This document shows positions 1 to 10,009 of a stretch of 64,000 nt of DNA, one piece after another. The position numbers were made by a program, and so were the translations under genes. Under the pieces are notes generated by a model, which saw nothing but the letters and a program-made list of their open reading frames with translations, ran no database searches and was not told where the DNA came from. Source of the DNA: a virus; IMG/VR virus record IMGVR_UViG_3300027706_000007, positions 1 to 64,000 of that record; one strand, given 5' to 3'. The number at the start of each line of letters is the position of its first letter. Positions within the stretch are counted from its first letter, which is position 1.

Positions 1-382
1 GAGAAACAGTAATATCTTTGCGCGCGTTAGTAGGCGTTCGTCCTCTAATTCATATATCACTCGCGGCAAGTCTGAAAGCGAGTAGCACACCATTCGGTTT
101 TGCGCGCTTAAACTTAACTGCATCATTGATAGCATCTAGTAAAATAGCTTCCGAGATTAATTTATCCTCGCGCGCGTCTTTAATTCAATCTCAGCGCGTT
201 TCTGGAAACGCGAAATTCTCAATTTTAGGTGAGGCAATAAATCACGGCGCGTTTGGAGAAACAGTAATATCTTTGCGCGCGTTAGTAGGCGTTCGTCCTC
301 TAATTCATATATCACTCGCGGCAAGTCTGAAAGCGAGTAGCACACCATTCGGTTTTGCGCGCTTAAACTTAACTGCATCATT
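1..382 (+). repeat. Exact 127-bp direct repeat (1-127 = 256-382), period 255 bp
   Basis: gagaaacagtaatatctttg...aactgcatcatt is present twice, in frame within the first ORF. The first copy is cut by the window edge. Confidence 0.9.
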
Positions 383-1064
383 AGTGAACCATAGTTTGCA
401 AGCGGGCGCGATAAATATACATCTTTTAGCTTCGGAAATCGCTTCATCTAAAATCGCGGGTGAATTAAGTCTATTAACGCGTGCAACATTGCAAAATAAT
501 ACATCAACAGTCACGAGTACTCATTTAAATCTTTTAGCTAAAACGATAATATCTCAAGCAATAAAAGGTGAAATTTCTGTAAGTTTGCACGCGGTCGCGA
601 AATTAACTCAAGTAGTGAAAGGAGTCGAAAGTTTACAATTTCATGGCACAGTTATTGCATCATCTCGCACTAAAGCTGAGACTGATATATCATCGCGCGC
701 AACGTTTGTTACTAATATGCCTCTCAAAGCGTCGGGGATATTCGTTTGTCGCGCTCTCGTAAGAGCACAAATGAAATCACTCGGGGAATCTAATCTTTCA
801 GTTAACGCAAGCGTATATGTAAAGAGCAAACTCGCCTTACAGCTTCAATTACTAAATAAAATAAACGCGTTACAAATATCCAATAAATCAGTTGCGCTCC
901 AAACGCGCACTCTCCAAATTAGCAAATTAATTGCTGTCGGAATAACTGAAAGAGGCGATTTCGCGATTCTGAATACTTCATTTTACACATTAACTGGTGA
1001 TGTTGTAAGCGCGGCGCGTCTAATTGATTACGGCGGATTCGTTGTAACGCAATCTTCTACATGA
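18..1064 (+). CDS. Repeat-containing putative virion structural protein (5' truncated)
   Basis: The frame is open back to the window edge (pos 3, ETVISLR). Ser/Ala/Leu-rich beta-type repeats with an 85-aa duplicated unit; lies upstream of tail-type genes. Confidence 0.55.
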   Translation: MRALVGVRPLIHISLAASLKASSTPFGFARLNLTASLIASSKIASEINLSSRASLIQSQRVSGNAKFSILGEAINHGAFGETVISLRALVGVRPLIHISLAASLKASSTPFGFARLNLTASLVNHSLQAGAINIHLLASEIASSKIAGELSLLTRATLQNNTSTVTSTHLNLLAKTIISQAIKGEISVSLHAVAKLTQVVKGVESLQFHGTVIASSRTKAETDISSRATFVTNMPLKASGIFVCRALVRAQMKSLGESNLSVNASVYVKSKLALQLQLLNKINALQISNKSVALQTRTLQISKLIAVGITERGDFAILNTSFYTLTGDVVSAARLIDYGGFVVTQSST

Positions 1065-1145
1065 TTTTTATATATACTTTCGCGGAAACGTCAATAAATG
1101 TAGAGAAAATAAGACTTAAATAGGAGTTTTTTATAATGCTAACTG

Positions 1146-2060
1146 ATGTCTCAAATCCTATCTACCATAGGACAGCCTTTTACTCTCCCAAACATGGGGC
1201 CGTCGCCCTCACTTGATGGTAGTGCCGTAGCTACCGCGGCAACGGTAACTTCTCTTAGTGCGTCTCTCACAACCACAAAAACTAACGATATAATTATCGC
1301 GTGCGTTTTCGTAAATGGAAGCCCGTCTACAGTTTCAATTTCCGATGGGTACACATTATCTTGGAACACTAAAATAAATGGAGTAAATGGAATTTGGGAA
1401 TTTTGGGCATATTCCGCATCCGCACTTTCGTCCGACTCAATTACAGTTTCATTTGGCTCAAGTGTAACTGCGGGCATAATTGTTTTTGGCGTAAATGGTG
1501 CGAATACAAGTTTGCCATTTGACCCTGCATTAATGCCTTCTGAAACTGGTCAGTCTAAAAGCGCGACAACTTTTAGTTTGTATTTCAACACGGATATTCC
1601 AAATACTTTTGTTTTTCAATTTTGGGGAACAGCTACGACTGGAGAAACATTCACAGTTCAATCGGGATGGACAACAATTCAAACTGCAAACACAAATGTC
1701 TCAATTGGTGCATTCTATCAAACATATACAAGTACTCAAACTCAGGTGCCTGCGACGGCAACAATAAGTACCGCAGCAGTTTTGAGTGGATTAATTGATG
1801 CATTACATTCTGCACCTTCATATATTATACAACCACCTGCGACAGTAGAATGGATAATTCACAACATTTTCTATCGTGCACCATGTGTAGTTGTTTACAC
1901 CAATGGCACAAACACAATAATGACATTTAATCCAACAACTGGAGGACAGACCCTTGGACTAATTTATCATGTTTCAAATGCTCTTTATTTCGTTTTATAT
2001 TGCACGAACGCGAACGCGTCAACAAATCAGTTCGGCTTTAATGGAGTAAGGAGTCTGTGA
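1146..2060 (+). CDS. Putative tail/virion beta-sandwich protein
   Basis: Thr/Ser-rich. The domain DIIIACV...SISDG..LSW...WEFWAYS...DSITVS resembles repeats in the 2128-aa protein. TATA box upstream. Confidence 0.6.
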   Translation: MSQILSTIGQPFTLPNMGPSPSLDGSAVATAATVTSLSASLTTTKTNDIIIACVFVNGSPSTVSISDGYTLSWNTKINGVNGIWEFWAYSASALSSDSITVSFGSSVTAGIIVFGVNGANTSLPFDPALMPSETGQSKSATTFSLYFNTDIPNTFVFQFWGTATTGETFTVQSGWTTIQTANTNVSIGAFYQTYTSTQTQVPATATISTAAVLSGLIDALHSAPSYIIQPPATVEWIIHNIFYRAPCVVVYTNGTNTIMTFNPTTGGQTLGLIYHVSNALYFVLYCTNANASTNQFGFNGVRSL

Positions 2061-2066
2061 TGGAAT

Positions 2067-3626
2067 ATGGCATATCAACCTCCATTTAATACAGATTGGT
2101 CGAGAATAAATTCAAAACCATTCGTAGTTGTTTCTCCCAACGGACCTTATGATGGTGGTGATTTTGGGCCTAATACACCGGGGACGCAGACGGCAGGGTT
2201 TCAGGAAGCTGTAAAGGCACTGGCTCCTTTCGGTGGCATGATATTTGCCAAAGAAGGCGTTTACACTCTTTATCAGGGAATAGACCTTGCTCCTCTGGTT
2301 GGTGCACAAAGCCTTGAAAGTGGAATGATTGGACAGGGAGGCTACCTCATCATTCAGGGTGAGGGAGCAATACACTATGGTACACCCGTCAGCGGTGGCA
2401 ACGCAGCACAGATTTATCTGGGTACGAAGCTAATCTTCGCATCAACGGTCTCAAACCAGACGATGATTTACAACTCGACAGGCTATAACACGAACATAAA
2501 CGCACAGGCTCTGGTGGTCGACCTTGAGCTGAGGGATATAATTCTCTATGGCAACGCCGGTAATGGCACAACTGGATGCAACGGTATAGACTGGTGGAAC
2601 ATCGAGCTTGGCAACGGCGGAGTAACAGGGTTGACAAACGTGCTGATAGCACAGTTCAGCGGTTCTGGTATATTCGCAAGCAACAGTCCACAAAACGGCC
2701 CTCTGTCCATGTACATAGATAATGTACAGATAACTGGTTGTGGTGTTGGCATAGGCACGTATCCGAATGATTTCGGGTTCTATGCGGGGCCAAACTTCAT
2801 AAGAGGACTGACAATCACGGCGTGTAACACAGGAATCTCTGCCGACTACTGGCAGGACATGTACATTAATGTTGAAATCTTAGGATGCAACGTAGCCCTG
2901 AATATAGGGGGCATGGAGTCCTCGATTATTCAAGCGAACATAGAAAACTGTACCACGGCCTTTGAGTGGGCTGGAAGCGGTACTTCGGTTTGGCGTGGCT
3001 CTATCGTTTCCATCACCACTGAAAACTGTGGTTCGTCAAATGCAACAAGTCCGGTGAATGTCTTCAACTTCTCAAGTGTAAGTCTTTATTCCTGTGATGT
3101 TACACTGACCAGCTATCAGGCGCTTGCCACATCTGCCACATACACTACCCAACTGGTATTTACTTATTCAACATTTTTCTATGGGTCGAAGATACACCTG
3201 TTCGCCTACGAAAACAATCAATACGTCAGGCCACTGCTTCTCATCTCGTCACAAATGTATAACACAGAAATAGACGGCGCAGTTTACAATTCATCAACTG
3301 GGGGCTGGTATTACGGTGTGGCTGGTATCGGCAATGTTTCCCCTCTGCCGGTGATAAAGAACCTCATAGGCTACAACCCGCAGGGCTTCAACACCACAAC
3401 TCCAGCAGTTCCAGCATCAGGAACCGCCCAGCAAAACACCAACCCCTACCCAGTCATCGTTTATCTGTACGGAGGAACAGTAACAGCAATCACAATAAAT
3501 GGGAAGACAGTATTCTCGACGACAACAGGCTTAGCATTAGCAGGACAGGACTTCTACCTCAGCCCCGGTGACAGCATAGCAGTCACATACTCAGTAGCAC
3601 CAACATGGATATGGTATGGACTATGA
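2067..3626 (+). CDS. Tail fibre/spike, pectin-lyase-like right-handed beta-helix receptor-binding protein
   Basis: N-terminal GGDFGPNTPGTQTAGFQEA motif, Asn/Gly/Cys ladder repeats (NVQITGCGVGI, ITACNTGI, ILGCNVAL, IENCTTAF) and a C-terminal TPAVPASGTAQQNTNPYPV...TYSVAPTW domain. Confidence 0.7.
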   Translation: MAYQPPFNTDWSRINSKPFVVVSPNGPYDGGDFGPNTPGTQTAGFQEAVKALAPFGGMIFAKEGVYTLYQGIDLAPLVGAQSLESGMIGQGGYLIIQGEGAIHYGTPVSGGNAAQIYLGTKLIFASTVSNQTMIYNSTGYNTNINAQALVVDLELRDIILYGNAGNGTTGCNGIDWWNIELGNGGVTGLTNVLIAQFSGSGIFASNSPQNGPLSMYIDNVQITGCGVGIGTYPNDFGFYAGPNFIRGLTITACNTGISADYWQDMYINVEILGCNVALNIGGMESSIIQANIENCTTAFEWAGSGTSVWRGSIVSITTENCGSSNATSPVNVFNFSSVSLYSCDVTLTSYQALATSATYTTQLVFTYSTFFYGSKIHLFAYENNQYVRPLLLISSQMYNTEIDGAVYNSSTGGWYYGVAGIGNVSPLPVIKNLIGYNPQGFNTTTPAVPASGTAQQNTNPYPVIVYLYGGTVTAITINGKTVFSTTTGLALAGQDFYLSPGDSIAVTYSVAPTWIWYGL

Positions 3627-3985
3627 TGCCCAACGACGACCCTCTCAAGCAGTTCGCAGTCAGAAAGCTGACAGGACATAATCACAATGCACTTCAACCT
3701 TGCACGGTAGCCTGTCCAGCTAACCCGCAGCATAAACGCCTGATACCAACAAAGCAGGAAACAAAAGAACAATTACTTCAACGTCAGGAGATGGCAAAGG
3801 CAGCCTCTTCGTTCACCGTCTGGTATTGCTACAACTGTGGCAAAAGGGTATGGACGAGAACTAAGGATGAAGAAATAGGCTTCTGTGCATTCTGCGGTAG
3901 CGAGAAAATCAAGCGGGAAGCAACGATAAACCTGCTGTTCTCCGAGATGCCAAGAGAAAATGCTTCAGTTGATGCGAATATCTGA
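3605..3985 (+). CDS. Zn-ribbon protein (probable start 3623/3626)
   Basis: CTVAC, CYNC and CAFC motifs; ATG overlaps the stop of the fibre gene. Confidence 0.6.
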   Translation: MDMVWTMMPNDDPLKQFAVRKLTGHNHNALQPCTVACPANPQHKRLIPTKQETKEQLLQRQEMAKAASSFTVWYCYNCGKRVWTRTKDEEIGFCAFCGSEKIKREATINLLFSEMPRENASVDANI

Positions 3986-4117
3986 ATCAGACAGAAAAGT
4001 CATAGGTGCTGACGGAGAGGTCTGTGTAGTTCAAAGCAGAGAATACCATAACATATAAAAGATATTTAATATAGTCGCAAACTTTTTAATTAAGTTTCGC
4101 GTTCATTATTTCCTGTC

Positions 4118-4588
4118 TTGCGCGCGCAAACGTATTCTAAACTTTTTTTATTCGCGCTAATTTACGGGTTTGTGTTAATTAACTGGGTCGATTTAATTGG
4201 TGTGGCGCGTGACCCGCTTCACGTATACCATCTATGGCTAATCGCGATGTATTTCGCGCCGTTTTTACCTCTAGTTCTTTTATATGGTGTTAAAGATTTC
4301 AAATTATTTTTAGCTATGGGGCTTTTAACCTCGCTGATGAATGATTTATTTTACTTTTTCGCGAGTTTTGTTCTTATGACGGGCAACTTTACGTGGTCGC
4401 AACTCTGGTCGTTTTACGCGTTCCAACTCGGACTAGATGGTTGGCAGTATAAATGGGTATTTCAGGGCGGCATAATTCAATTTCCAGTTTATAGTTGGCT
4501 AATGGCGCTATCCATATACGCGCGGATTGCAATAGTTATAATTTCTTCTGAGTTATGGATACGTAAATCGAAAATCAAATCTTTATAA
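4118..4588 (+). CDS. Multi-pass membrane protein
   Basis: About four hydrophobic segments; TTG start with upstream TATA. Confidence 0.6.
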   Translation: MRAQTYSKLFLFALIYGFVLINWVDLIGVARDPLHVYHLWLIAMYFAPFLPLVLLYGVKDFKLFLAMGLLTSLMNDLFYFFASFVLMTGNFTWSQLWSFYAFQLGLDGWQYKWVFQGGIIQFPVYSWLMALSIYARIAIVIISSELWIRKSKIKSL

Positions 4589-4631
4589 ATAGAAATCTTT
4601 AAAAATATATTACGTTTAATACTATTTCAGA

Positions 4632-5183
4632 ATGTCTTTTCCATTAGGTGGACTCGCGGTAAAAATTGTCGCGCGAAATCCGTGCAAAATACATATGGTT
4701 GTTGATGAGTGTCCAGATTCGATTGTGGGTGTTTACGAGAACACGAACGACCTTTCAACTAATCAGTTCGCGGGATGGATAATAAATAACATATTAGATA
4801 CAGCGCAAACAATTAAAAATACATCCGGTACAGGTATAGCTGAAACTGTAAATAAGGCTGTTTCCACTCTCACGATTGTTGCGGGCACGGGTACCACGGC
4901 AGCCTCAGTTGCTGATTATACTCTTCAGACTCCTGTTTCTGGTTCTTCAGGTTCGATAGCTGGAACAGTAAGTTACACTGCGCCATCTTCTGGAACATCG
5001 GGGTCTTTCACGGTAACTGGCACAATTACAAATTCCTCGGGCAACACAATAGCATATTCCGAGGTTGGAATGACCATCTCAGATGGAACAAATACGTTTC
5101 TTATAGCTCACGACGTGTTTTCCGCGTTAAATGTCTCAAATGGCGGAACGCTCGCCGTAACATATACAGCAACTTACTCCTAA
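4632..5183 (+). CDS. Putative tail/baseplate structural protein
   Basis: AGTGTTAASVADYTLQTP and SEVGM...LIAHDVF...GGTLAVTY resemble the N-terminal/collar-type domain of phage tail fibres. Confidence 0.55.
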   Translation: MSFPLGGLAVKIVARNPCKIHMVVDECPDSIVGVYENTNDLSTNQFAGWIINNILDTAQTIKNTSGTGIAETVNKAVSTLTIVAGTGTTAASVADYTLQTPVSGSSGSIAGTVSYTAPSSGTSGSFTVTGTITNSSGNTIAYSEVGMTISDGTNTFLIAHDVFSALNVSNGGTLAVTYTATYS

Positions 5184-5230
5184 ACGCGCGCCAGAAAATT
5201 TAAATACATATTCTTTTATCAATATTCTCA

Positions 5231-5584
5231 ATGTCGCAAAATTTCATTAGTACTACTTCTCATGGACTGCAAATAAAACTTAACAACTACGGGTTCCCAA
5301 TCGATTTTTATATTCAAAACGCGGACGGAACGCCAAAAGATTTAACTGGGTTATCTGCGGCTTTAAATGTGTGGGCTAATGAACAAACGCCCGTTTTAAT
5401 TTTTTCGCATCCGTGCCAAATTTTAAACGCGACGCAGGGAGTAGTAGAATATGTCGTTCAGCAAACTGATTTTACGCAAATTGGAACATTTTATGGAGAA
5501 ATTGAATTAACTGGAACAAACTATTTAGAAGATACACTTACTTTTACTATAGAAGTTATAAATAATGCGCCGGGTGGAATATAA
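5231..5584 (+). CDS. BppU-N-like baseplate protein
   Basis: FYIQNADGTPKDLTG...ILNATQGVVEY...DFTQIGTFYGEIEL matches the BppU N-terminal pattern. Confidence 0.65.
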   Translation: MSQNFISTTSHGLQIKLNNYGFPIDFYIQNADGTPKDLTGLSAALNVWANEQTPVLIFSHPCQILNATQGVVEYVVQQTDFTQIGTFYGEIELTGTNYLEDTLTFTIEVINNAPGGI

Positions 5585-5842
5585 ATGGTTTATCAAAAAC
5601 CGCTGGGAAATTATCCGAGCGTTTATGCGTTTGTTGTCTCATCTATTTTGCGCGGAAAATCTAAAAAGGCGATTATCGATACCCTAGTTTATCGTTACAG
5701 ATATAGTCGCTACAACGCGCGCCACATTTATATGGTGTATAAGCGTAGATATTTCGATAGGGTTATAGAATTTCAAAATAAATTATCGGAAAAATTAGGT
5801 TCTACTGACCTGTTTGAAGACGAGATTCAAGAGTCCGAATGA
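5585..5842 (+). CDS. Small basic helical (HTH-like) protein
   Basis: ILRGKSKKAIIDTLVYRYRYSRYNARHIY resembles the helical repeats of ORF 18987. Confidence 0.45.
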   Translation: MVYQKPLGNYPSVYAFVVSSILRGKSKKAIIDTLVYRYRYSRYNARHIYMVYKRRYFDRVIEFQNKLSEKLGSTDLFEDEIQESE

Positions 5843-6830
5843 TGTCATTAATTTGTTTCTGCGCGTTTTGAATTTCTCTATCCTCAGCAATCATCTTTTC
5901 GATGCGTTTCTTTATTTGCTCTTTTTCTTCTTGTGCGCGTTTGTAAATATTGCTGTCGAAATATGAATTCACTCTCGCGGTTAGTATGCGCCTAAAGTCG
6001 CGCGGTCGAATTGCAGCAAGAGCATCGAGTTCAACACGGAAAAATCCATGTTCCCACTTTCTGAATCGGGGGTCGCGCTGTAACTTCTCGCGTTCTTCTT
6101 CAGATTCGGGGTCGTGCGGGAGAGAGAAATCGTTTATCTGGTCTAGAGTAACTGCAATTTTCTCGACCGAGGCCTTTATTCCAAATTCTTCGATGAGTTG
6201 GTCGGACAAATTACGCGCTATATCTTCTCCGGATGGGTCATAATCAGTTAATTGGAGAATATGTATGGCTTTCTCTTTCGGAATCAGTCTCAACCGTTCA
6301 GCCAAATCATGTATCTGCGTTACACTACTGTATCCTTTCATTACGACGAGCGAAACGCCGAGAGGGTCTAAAATTGAACGAACTGCACTCGCCATCGCAT
6401 CTTTTTCAACCGTACAAATCACATAATTCGGTTGCTCTGTCCAGCGACTCATAGGTAGATTAATTTGTTTCGATGTCGCACTCTGGAGATACTTTATTAT
6501 TTGAGCTATTTTCGCGTTTACTGCGTTATTTGGATGTTCGCGCAACTCGGAAAGTTCATATCCGGTGTCGGACTCGGAAATATATCTCCCCGAATTGTCT
6601 ACAAGATAATTCCACGGAAACGTACCCTGCTTACGTGCGCGCGACAATATTACAGACAGTCGTTGATATGCGCTTCGTACATTAGGAATTACGTTAGTTG
6701 ATACAAGTCTGTAGTAAATTCCTCTCAGTGTTGGATATTGTTTATATTCCGCGTAATATCCGCGTGCTTCTTCGATTGCTCGCTTAACGATTAAGTCGGC
6801 ATCCAGTTGGACTTTCGATTTTTTAGCCAT
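5802..6830 (-). CDS. Topoisomerase VI-A/Spo11-like (Mini-A type) WHD+Toprim protein
   Basis: TLRGIYY (catalytic Tyr region), VEKDA (Toprim Glu), KGYSS, DYDPSG (DxD) and ELDAL. Confidence 0.8.
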   Translation of the reverse strand: MAKKSKVQLDADLIVKRAIEEARGYYAEYKQYPTLRGIYYRLVSTNVIPNVRSAYQRLSVILSRARKQGTFPWNYLVDNSGRYISESDTGYELSELREHPNNAVNAKIAQIIKYLQSATSKQINLPMSRWTEQPNYVICTVEKDAMASAVRSILDPLGVSLVVMKGYSSVTQIHDLAERLRLIPKEKAIHILQLTDYDPSGEDIARNLSDQLIEEFGIKASVEKIAVTLDQINDFSLPHDPESEEEREKLQRDPRFRKWEHGFFRVELDALAAIRPRDFRRILTARVNSYFDSNIYKRAQEEKEQIKKRIEKMIAEDREIQNAQKQINDIIRTLESRLQTGQ

Positions 6831-6887
6831 GGCGCTATAGAACCGGGGCTAACTATATAAATTTAATGTAGAAATTTTAGATTCGGT

Positions 6888-7259
6888 TTGAAAATCTTTT
6901 TATATATCTTATTTCAGAAGGTTTTCGTGTCAACTATATACTTAGACAAAAACGTGATTTTGTTCGAAAATGCGGATGAATCTATCTGCAAACATAAGAA
7001 AAATATAATTAGGGTCAAAAAAGGTTTCACTATAATTTCTTGCGCAAAAACAAAAAACCCAATCGCATTTTATTTCCCAAAAACTTTCACAGTCAGCAAT
7101 GTTATAGATTTTCTAAATGCATCTCTCGATGATTTGGCACTTTTGAATGGAAGTTTTGATAGCGCATATTTGAATAAATTTAGCGCGGCCCTGTTAAAAA
7201 TGAAAAATCTCGAAGTTATTCTACCTACTGAGGACTCACCACAGCGGGCGGTGGGTTGA
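6888..7259 (+). CDS. Hypothetical protein
   Basis: ORF divergent from the Mini-A gene; the true start is probably internal (GTG ~6928). Confidence 0.45.
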   Translation: MKIFLYILFQKVFVSTIYLDKNVILFENADESICKHKKNIIRVKKGFTIISCAKTKNPIAFYFPKTFTVSNVIDFLNASLDDLALLNGSFDSAYLNKFSAALLKMKNLEVILPTEDSPQRAVG

Positions 7260-7785
7260 GAATATCGTATATAATTTCAACATGTAAGTTTTTGATATAA
7301 AGAACAGTACCTAAAGTTTGTACGTTATCTCGCACGGCATCTCCTGTAAATTGCATAAATACATAATTGCGCGCTAGCTGTTTTGCGATTGGCGCGATAA
7401 GTACGTTAAGTAAATTTCGGATTTGGACTTCTATCGCGTAACGTTGTGAAATTGAATAAGCCCAAATCCCGATAATCAGTTTTGCGTACCACCTCTGCCT
7501 TACCGCGGGTATACTTATCCATTTAGCCTCTTGCGTGGTTTGCTGGATATATATAATGGGTCTACCAGTGTTCGCGCCTAAAATCATTTCTCGCGGATAA
7601 GTTGTAACGGCTAAAACGGGCGTACCTGAAACAGGGTCTATAATACGGTTAGAAATTAAATTTGCTAAAAATGAGAGAACATCGATATCTTCGCCTAAAT
7701 TACCAAAAGGTCTGAATACTTGCGCACTAAGACCGAAATTGCTCGTTCCGGAGAAAGACACAAATTCGAGAGACATAAAGTGCAA
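7225..7785 (-). CDS. Putative tail terminator/completion protein
   Basis: Size and the pattern RPIIYI...LIIGIWAYSISQRYAIEVQIRNLL are typical of gp17/gpU-like proteins. Confidence 0.5.
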   Translation of the reverse strand: MHFMSLEFVSFSGTSNFGLSAQVFRPFGNLGEDIDVLSFLANLISNRIIDPVSGTPVLAVTTYPREMILGANTGRPIIYIQQTTQEAKWISIPAVRQRWYAKLIIGIWAYSISQRYAIEVQIRNLLNVLIAPIAKQLARNYVFMQFTGDAVRDNVQTLGTVLYIKNLHVEIIYDILNPPPAVVSPQ

Positions 7786-7871
7786 TAAAAAGCTTTCTGC
7801 GCTAACTTAAATTTAAATCTCTTGCAAAGCTAGTTGCATGATGGAAAAATGAGAAATGCATTATTTAAAAC

Positions 7872-8675
7872 TTACTGCGTTTTTGGCTTGAATTTCGGAG
7901 CGAAATTAGAAATTTTGTTTGGGTCGAGTGGAACATTAGGTTCGGGCGCGGTCAATTGACGTTCTTCTGGCTCCGTAGACATTTCAGATGGTTGCGCGGG
8001 CGCGTCATTAGTCTCTTTTTGCTCATCGCGCAAATCTGGGCGCAAATCATATATGTTACAGCAGCCATCAGGCATATCAGGAATATTTATAGCGCGACAC
8101 CAGTATCCGGTGGGACTATCATCTTTATGTAGAAAATATTCGCAACTTGCACAGTTGAAATGCCCGTTCCAATCTTCTTTACCCTTAAACTCTGGCAACT
8201 CGGCATAGCCATATTCTTCAGCTTGTTTTATGTAATCGCCGCGCCCCGTTTCAGTTAGCACTTTGCGCGTAGCCTTCTTTACATATTCCCCATATTTACC
8301 GCCCTTTTTGCTAGGTTTTTTTGAAGGTTCAATTTTATTTGTTGGAACTTTTTCTTTTGGTTCTGGTTCAGGTTCTTGAATCATACTAGACGAAGTGCTA
8401 CCCGGTGTGGGCGTAAATCCATAATTAACATCAGTATCCAGTCCCTCAGCAGCCGAAGTATCACCCATGCTTGAGACTACTGGCTCTTCTTCTTTCTTTT
8501 TGTTTTTATGATTTTGCTTAAAGTGCTCAGTGGCAATAGCCGCAGCTTCCTCAAGCGTGTTTGGGAAAGCTGAAAAATCGTCTTCATCACATCGAATTAC
8601 ATAGTCATCTGACGCATCTTTATGGAAATATATATGAACCGGCCCCAAAGAATTTAGCCGAACCAATGAAGGCAT
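7872..8675 (-). CDS. Acidic modular protein with a HiPIP-like Cys cluster
   Basis: CASC-x14-C-x11-CC near the C-terminus; Pro/Glu-rich linkers. Confidence 0.55.
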   Translation of the reverse strand: MPSLVRLNSLGPVHIYFHKDASDDYVIRCDEDDFSAFPNTLEEAAAIATEHFKQNHKNKKKEEEPVVSSMGDTSAAEGLDTDVNYGFTPTPGSTSSSMIQEPEPEPKEKVPTNKIEPSKKPSKKGGKYGEYVKKATRKVLTETGRGDYIKQAEEYGYAELPEFKGKEDWNGHFNCASCEYFLHKDDSPTGYWCRAINIPDMPDGCCNIYDLRPDLRDEQKETNDAPAQPSEMSTEPEERQLTAPEPNVPLDPNKISNFAPKFKPKTQ

Positions 8676-8766
8676 ATATTTCGAATAAAAAATTTCGATT
8701 CATATAAACTTTGCTAAAATTGTGTACATAAAAAACCTTAAATAATGGAGCGCGTAAAAATATATC

Positions 8767-9243
8767 GTGTCCGATACAAATACAGTAGTATACACAGATG
8801 CCAGTTATGTCATACGTGAACTTAACTTACAGCAATCTACGACTGACCCTACACAATATTATGTCTGGCTCATTCCGACTAGTGTAGATACAATTAATCA
8901 ATTCGTTTTGCAAGCGAATGAGTATGCAACCGCATTATGGGGCGATTTGACATCGAACGAAACGTCATTTAAATTAGCGCGCCAATATGCCACAAAACTT
9001 GCAAGTTTGCGTTTGCTGCAAGAACAAGCATTAAATTGGCAAATATCGGGTATGCAGATGGGATTGGGAAATCTTACCATAAGTCGTTTAAACGCGTTAG
9101 AGCGCGCGCTAAAAGAAGTTAAACAGCGGCTTATGGAAGACCTTAATAAAATTTACACACTTCTCTCAGAAGTTGAAATGCACAACAATTATCAGCCACG
9201 TAATATCTATGAAGTTACGCACGGTTCCATGTACTGGGGTTGA
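8767..9243 (+). CDS. Putative head-tail adaptor (gp15/gp6-like)
   Basis: N-terminal YTDASYV, helical body and LGNLTIS hairpin; followed by a closure-like gene. Confidence 0.55.
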   Translation: MSDTNTVVYTDASYVIRELNLQQSTTDPTQYYVWLIPTSVDTINQFVLQANEYATALWGDLTSNETSFKLARQYATKLASLRLLQEQALNWQISGMQMGLGNLTISRLNALERALKEVKQRLMEDLNKIYTLLSEVEMHNNYQPRNIYEVTHGSMYWG

Positions 9244-9249
9244 TAGAAA

Positions 9250-9699
9250 ATGGCATCCATTCCAAATTTGGGGCCAGCCGCTTCAAATTTATCTGCTGCG
9301 GAAATAAATTATTTATTACTGTCATACAACCATTTTCTACAAACGCTCGGTACTACAATAACATATATGCAAGCAACATCTACTACAACTGATAGCTATT
9401 TACAGCCGGTCGTCAAATATAACTCATTCCAGATTCTGGCTCAAATAACGGACATTACCGAAAATGAGTATCAATATATGGAACCCGGTCTTGCGCCAGT
9501 TCACTATTGTAGTCTGTGGACAAATCAAGTTACTCCTCAAGTCGGCGACCATTTCATTTATAATCGAATAGAGTGGGAAATAAGAAACGTGTTTCCAGTT
9601 TACGCGGGTACAAATGCTATCATCTACTTTAGAACAATAGCTCGACGCGCTATTATAACTCCCAACTTAACTGCCGGCACAACTACACAGATGACTTAA
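9250..9699 (+). CDS. Putative head closure/stopper protein (gp16-like)
   Basis: Beta-rich; PQVGDHFIYNRIEWEIRNV pattern. Confidence 0.6.
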   Translation: MASIPNLGPAASNLSAAEINYLLLSYNHFLQTLGTTITYMQATSTTTDSYLQPVVKYNSFQILAQITDITENEYQYMEPGLAPVHYCSLWTNQVTPQVGDHFIYNRIEWEIRNVFPVYAGTNAIIYFRTIARRAIITPNLTAGTTTQMT

Positions 9700-9712
9700 G
9701 CCCCTTAATAAC

Positions 9713-9988
9713 TTAGGGGGGTATGGTATCTTTTTCATCTTTCTTAGTTTCTAATTTTGTTATGCGTTCTTCTAGTTTTTTAAATAATTGAAGGAAATCT
9801 AAATCATATTTTATCTTTATCGTGGTTTTTAGGAGATTTAATTGACTCTGAGTAGTCTTATCTAGACGCTCGCTCGCTAAAATGCGCTGAATCCTTTCTA
9901 GCAATTTTGCTTGGTCTTCTGGTTTGGATAAATCCAAATCCTCAATCTCGACTAGCGGGCCGGTATTTTCTATATCTGCCATAGTCAA
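9713..9988 (-). CDS. Small coiled-coil protein (terminase small subunit candidate)
   Basis: KKLEERITKLE coiled coil; the function is a guess. Confidence 0.4.
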   Translation of the reverse strand: MTMADIENTGPLVEIEDLDLSKPEDQAKLLERIQRILASERLDKTTQSQLNLLKTTIKIKYDLDFLQLFKKLEERITKLETKKDEKDTIPP

Positions 9989-10009
9989 TTACCTTAGATG
10001 ATGTTTTGC

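Noticed and set aside
2067-3626. Diversity-generating retroelement target
   Set aside because: No reverse transcriptase and no TR/VR pair with adenine-specific mismatches in the window.
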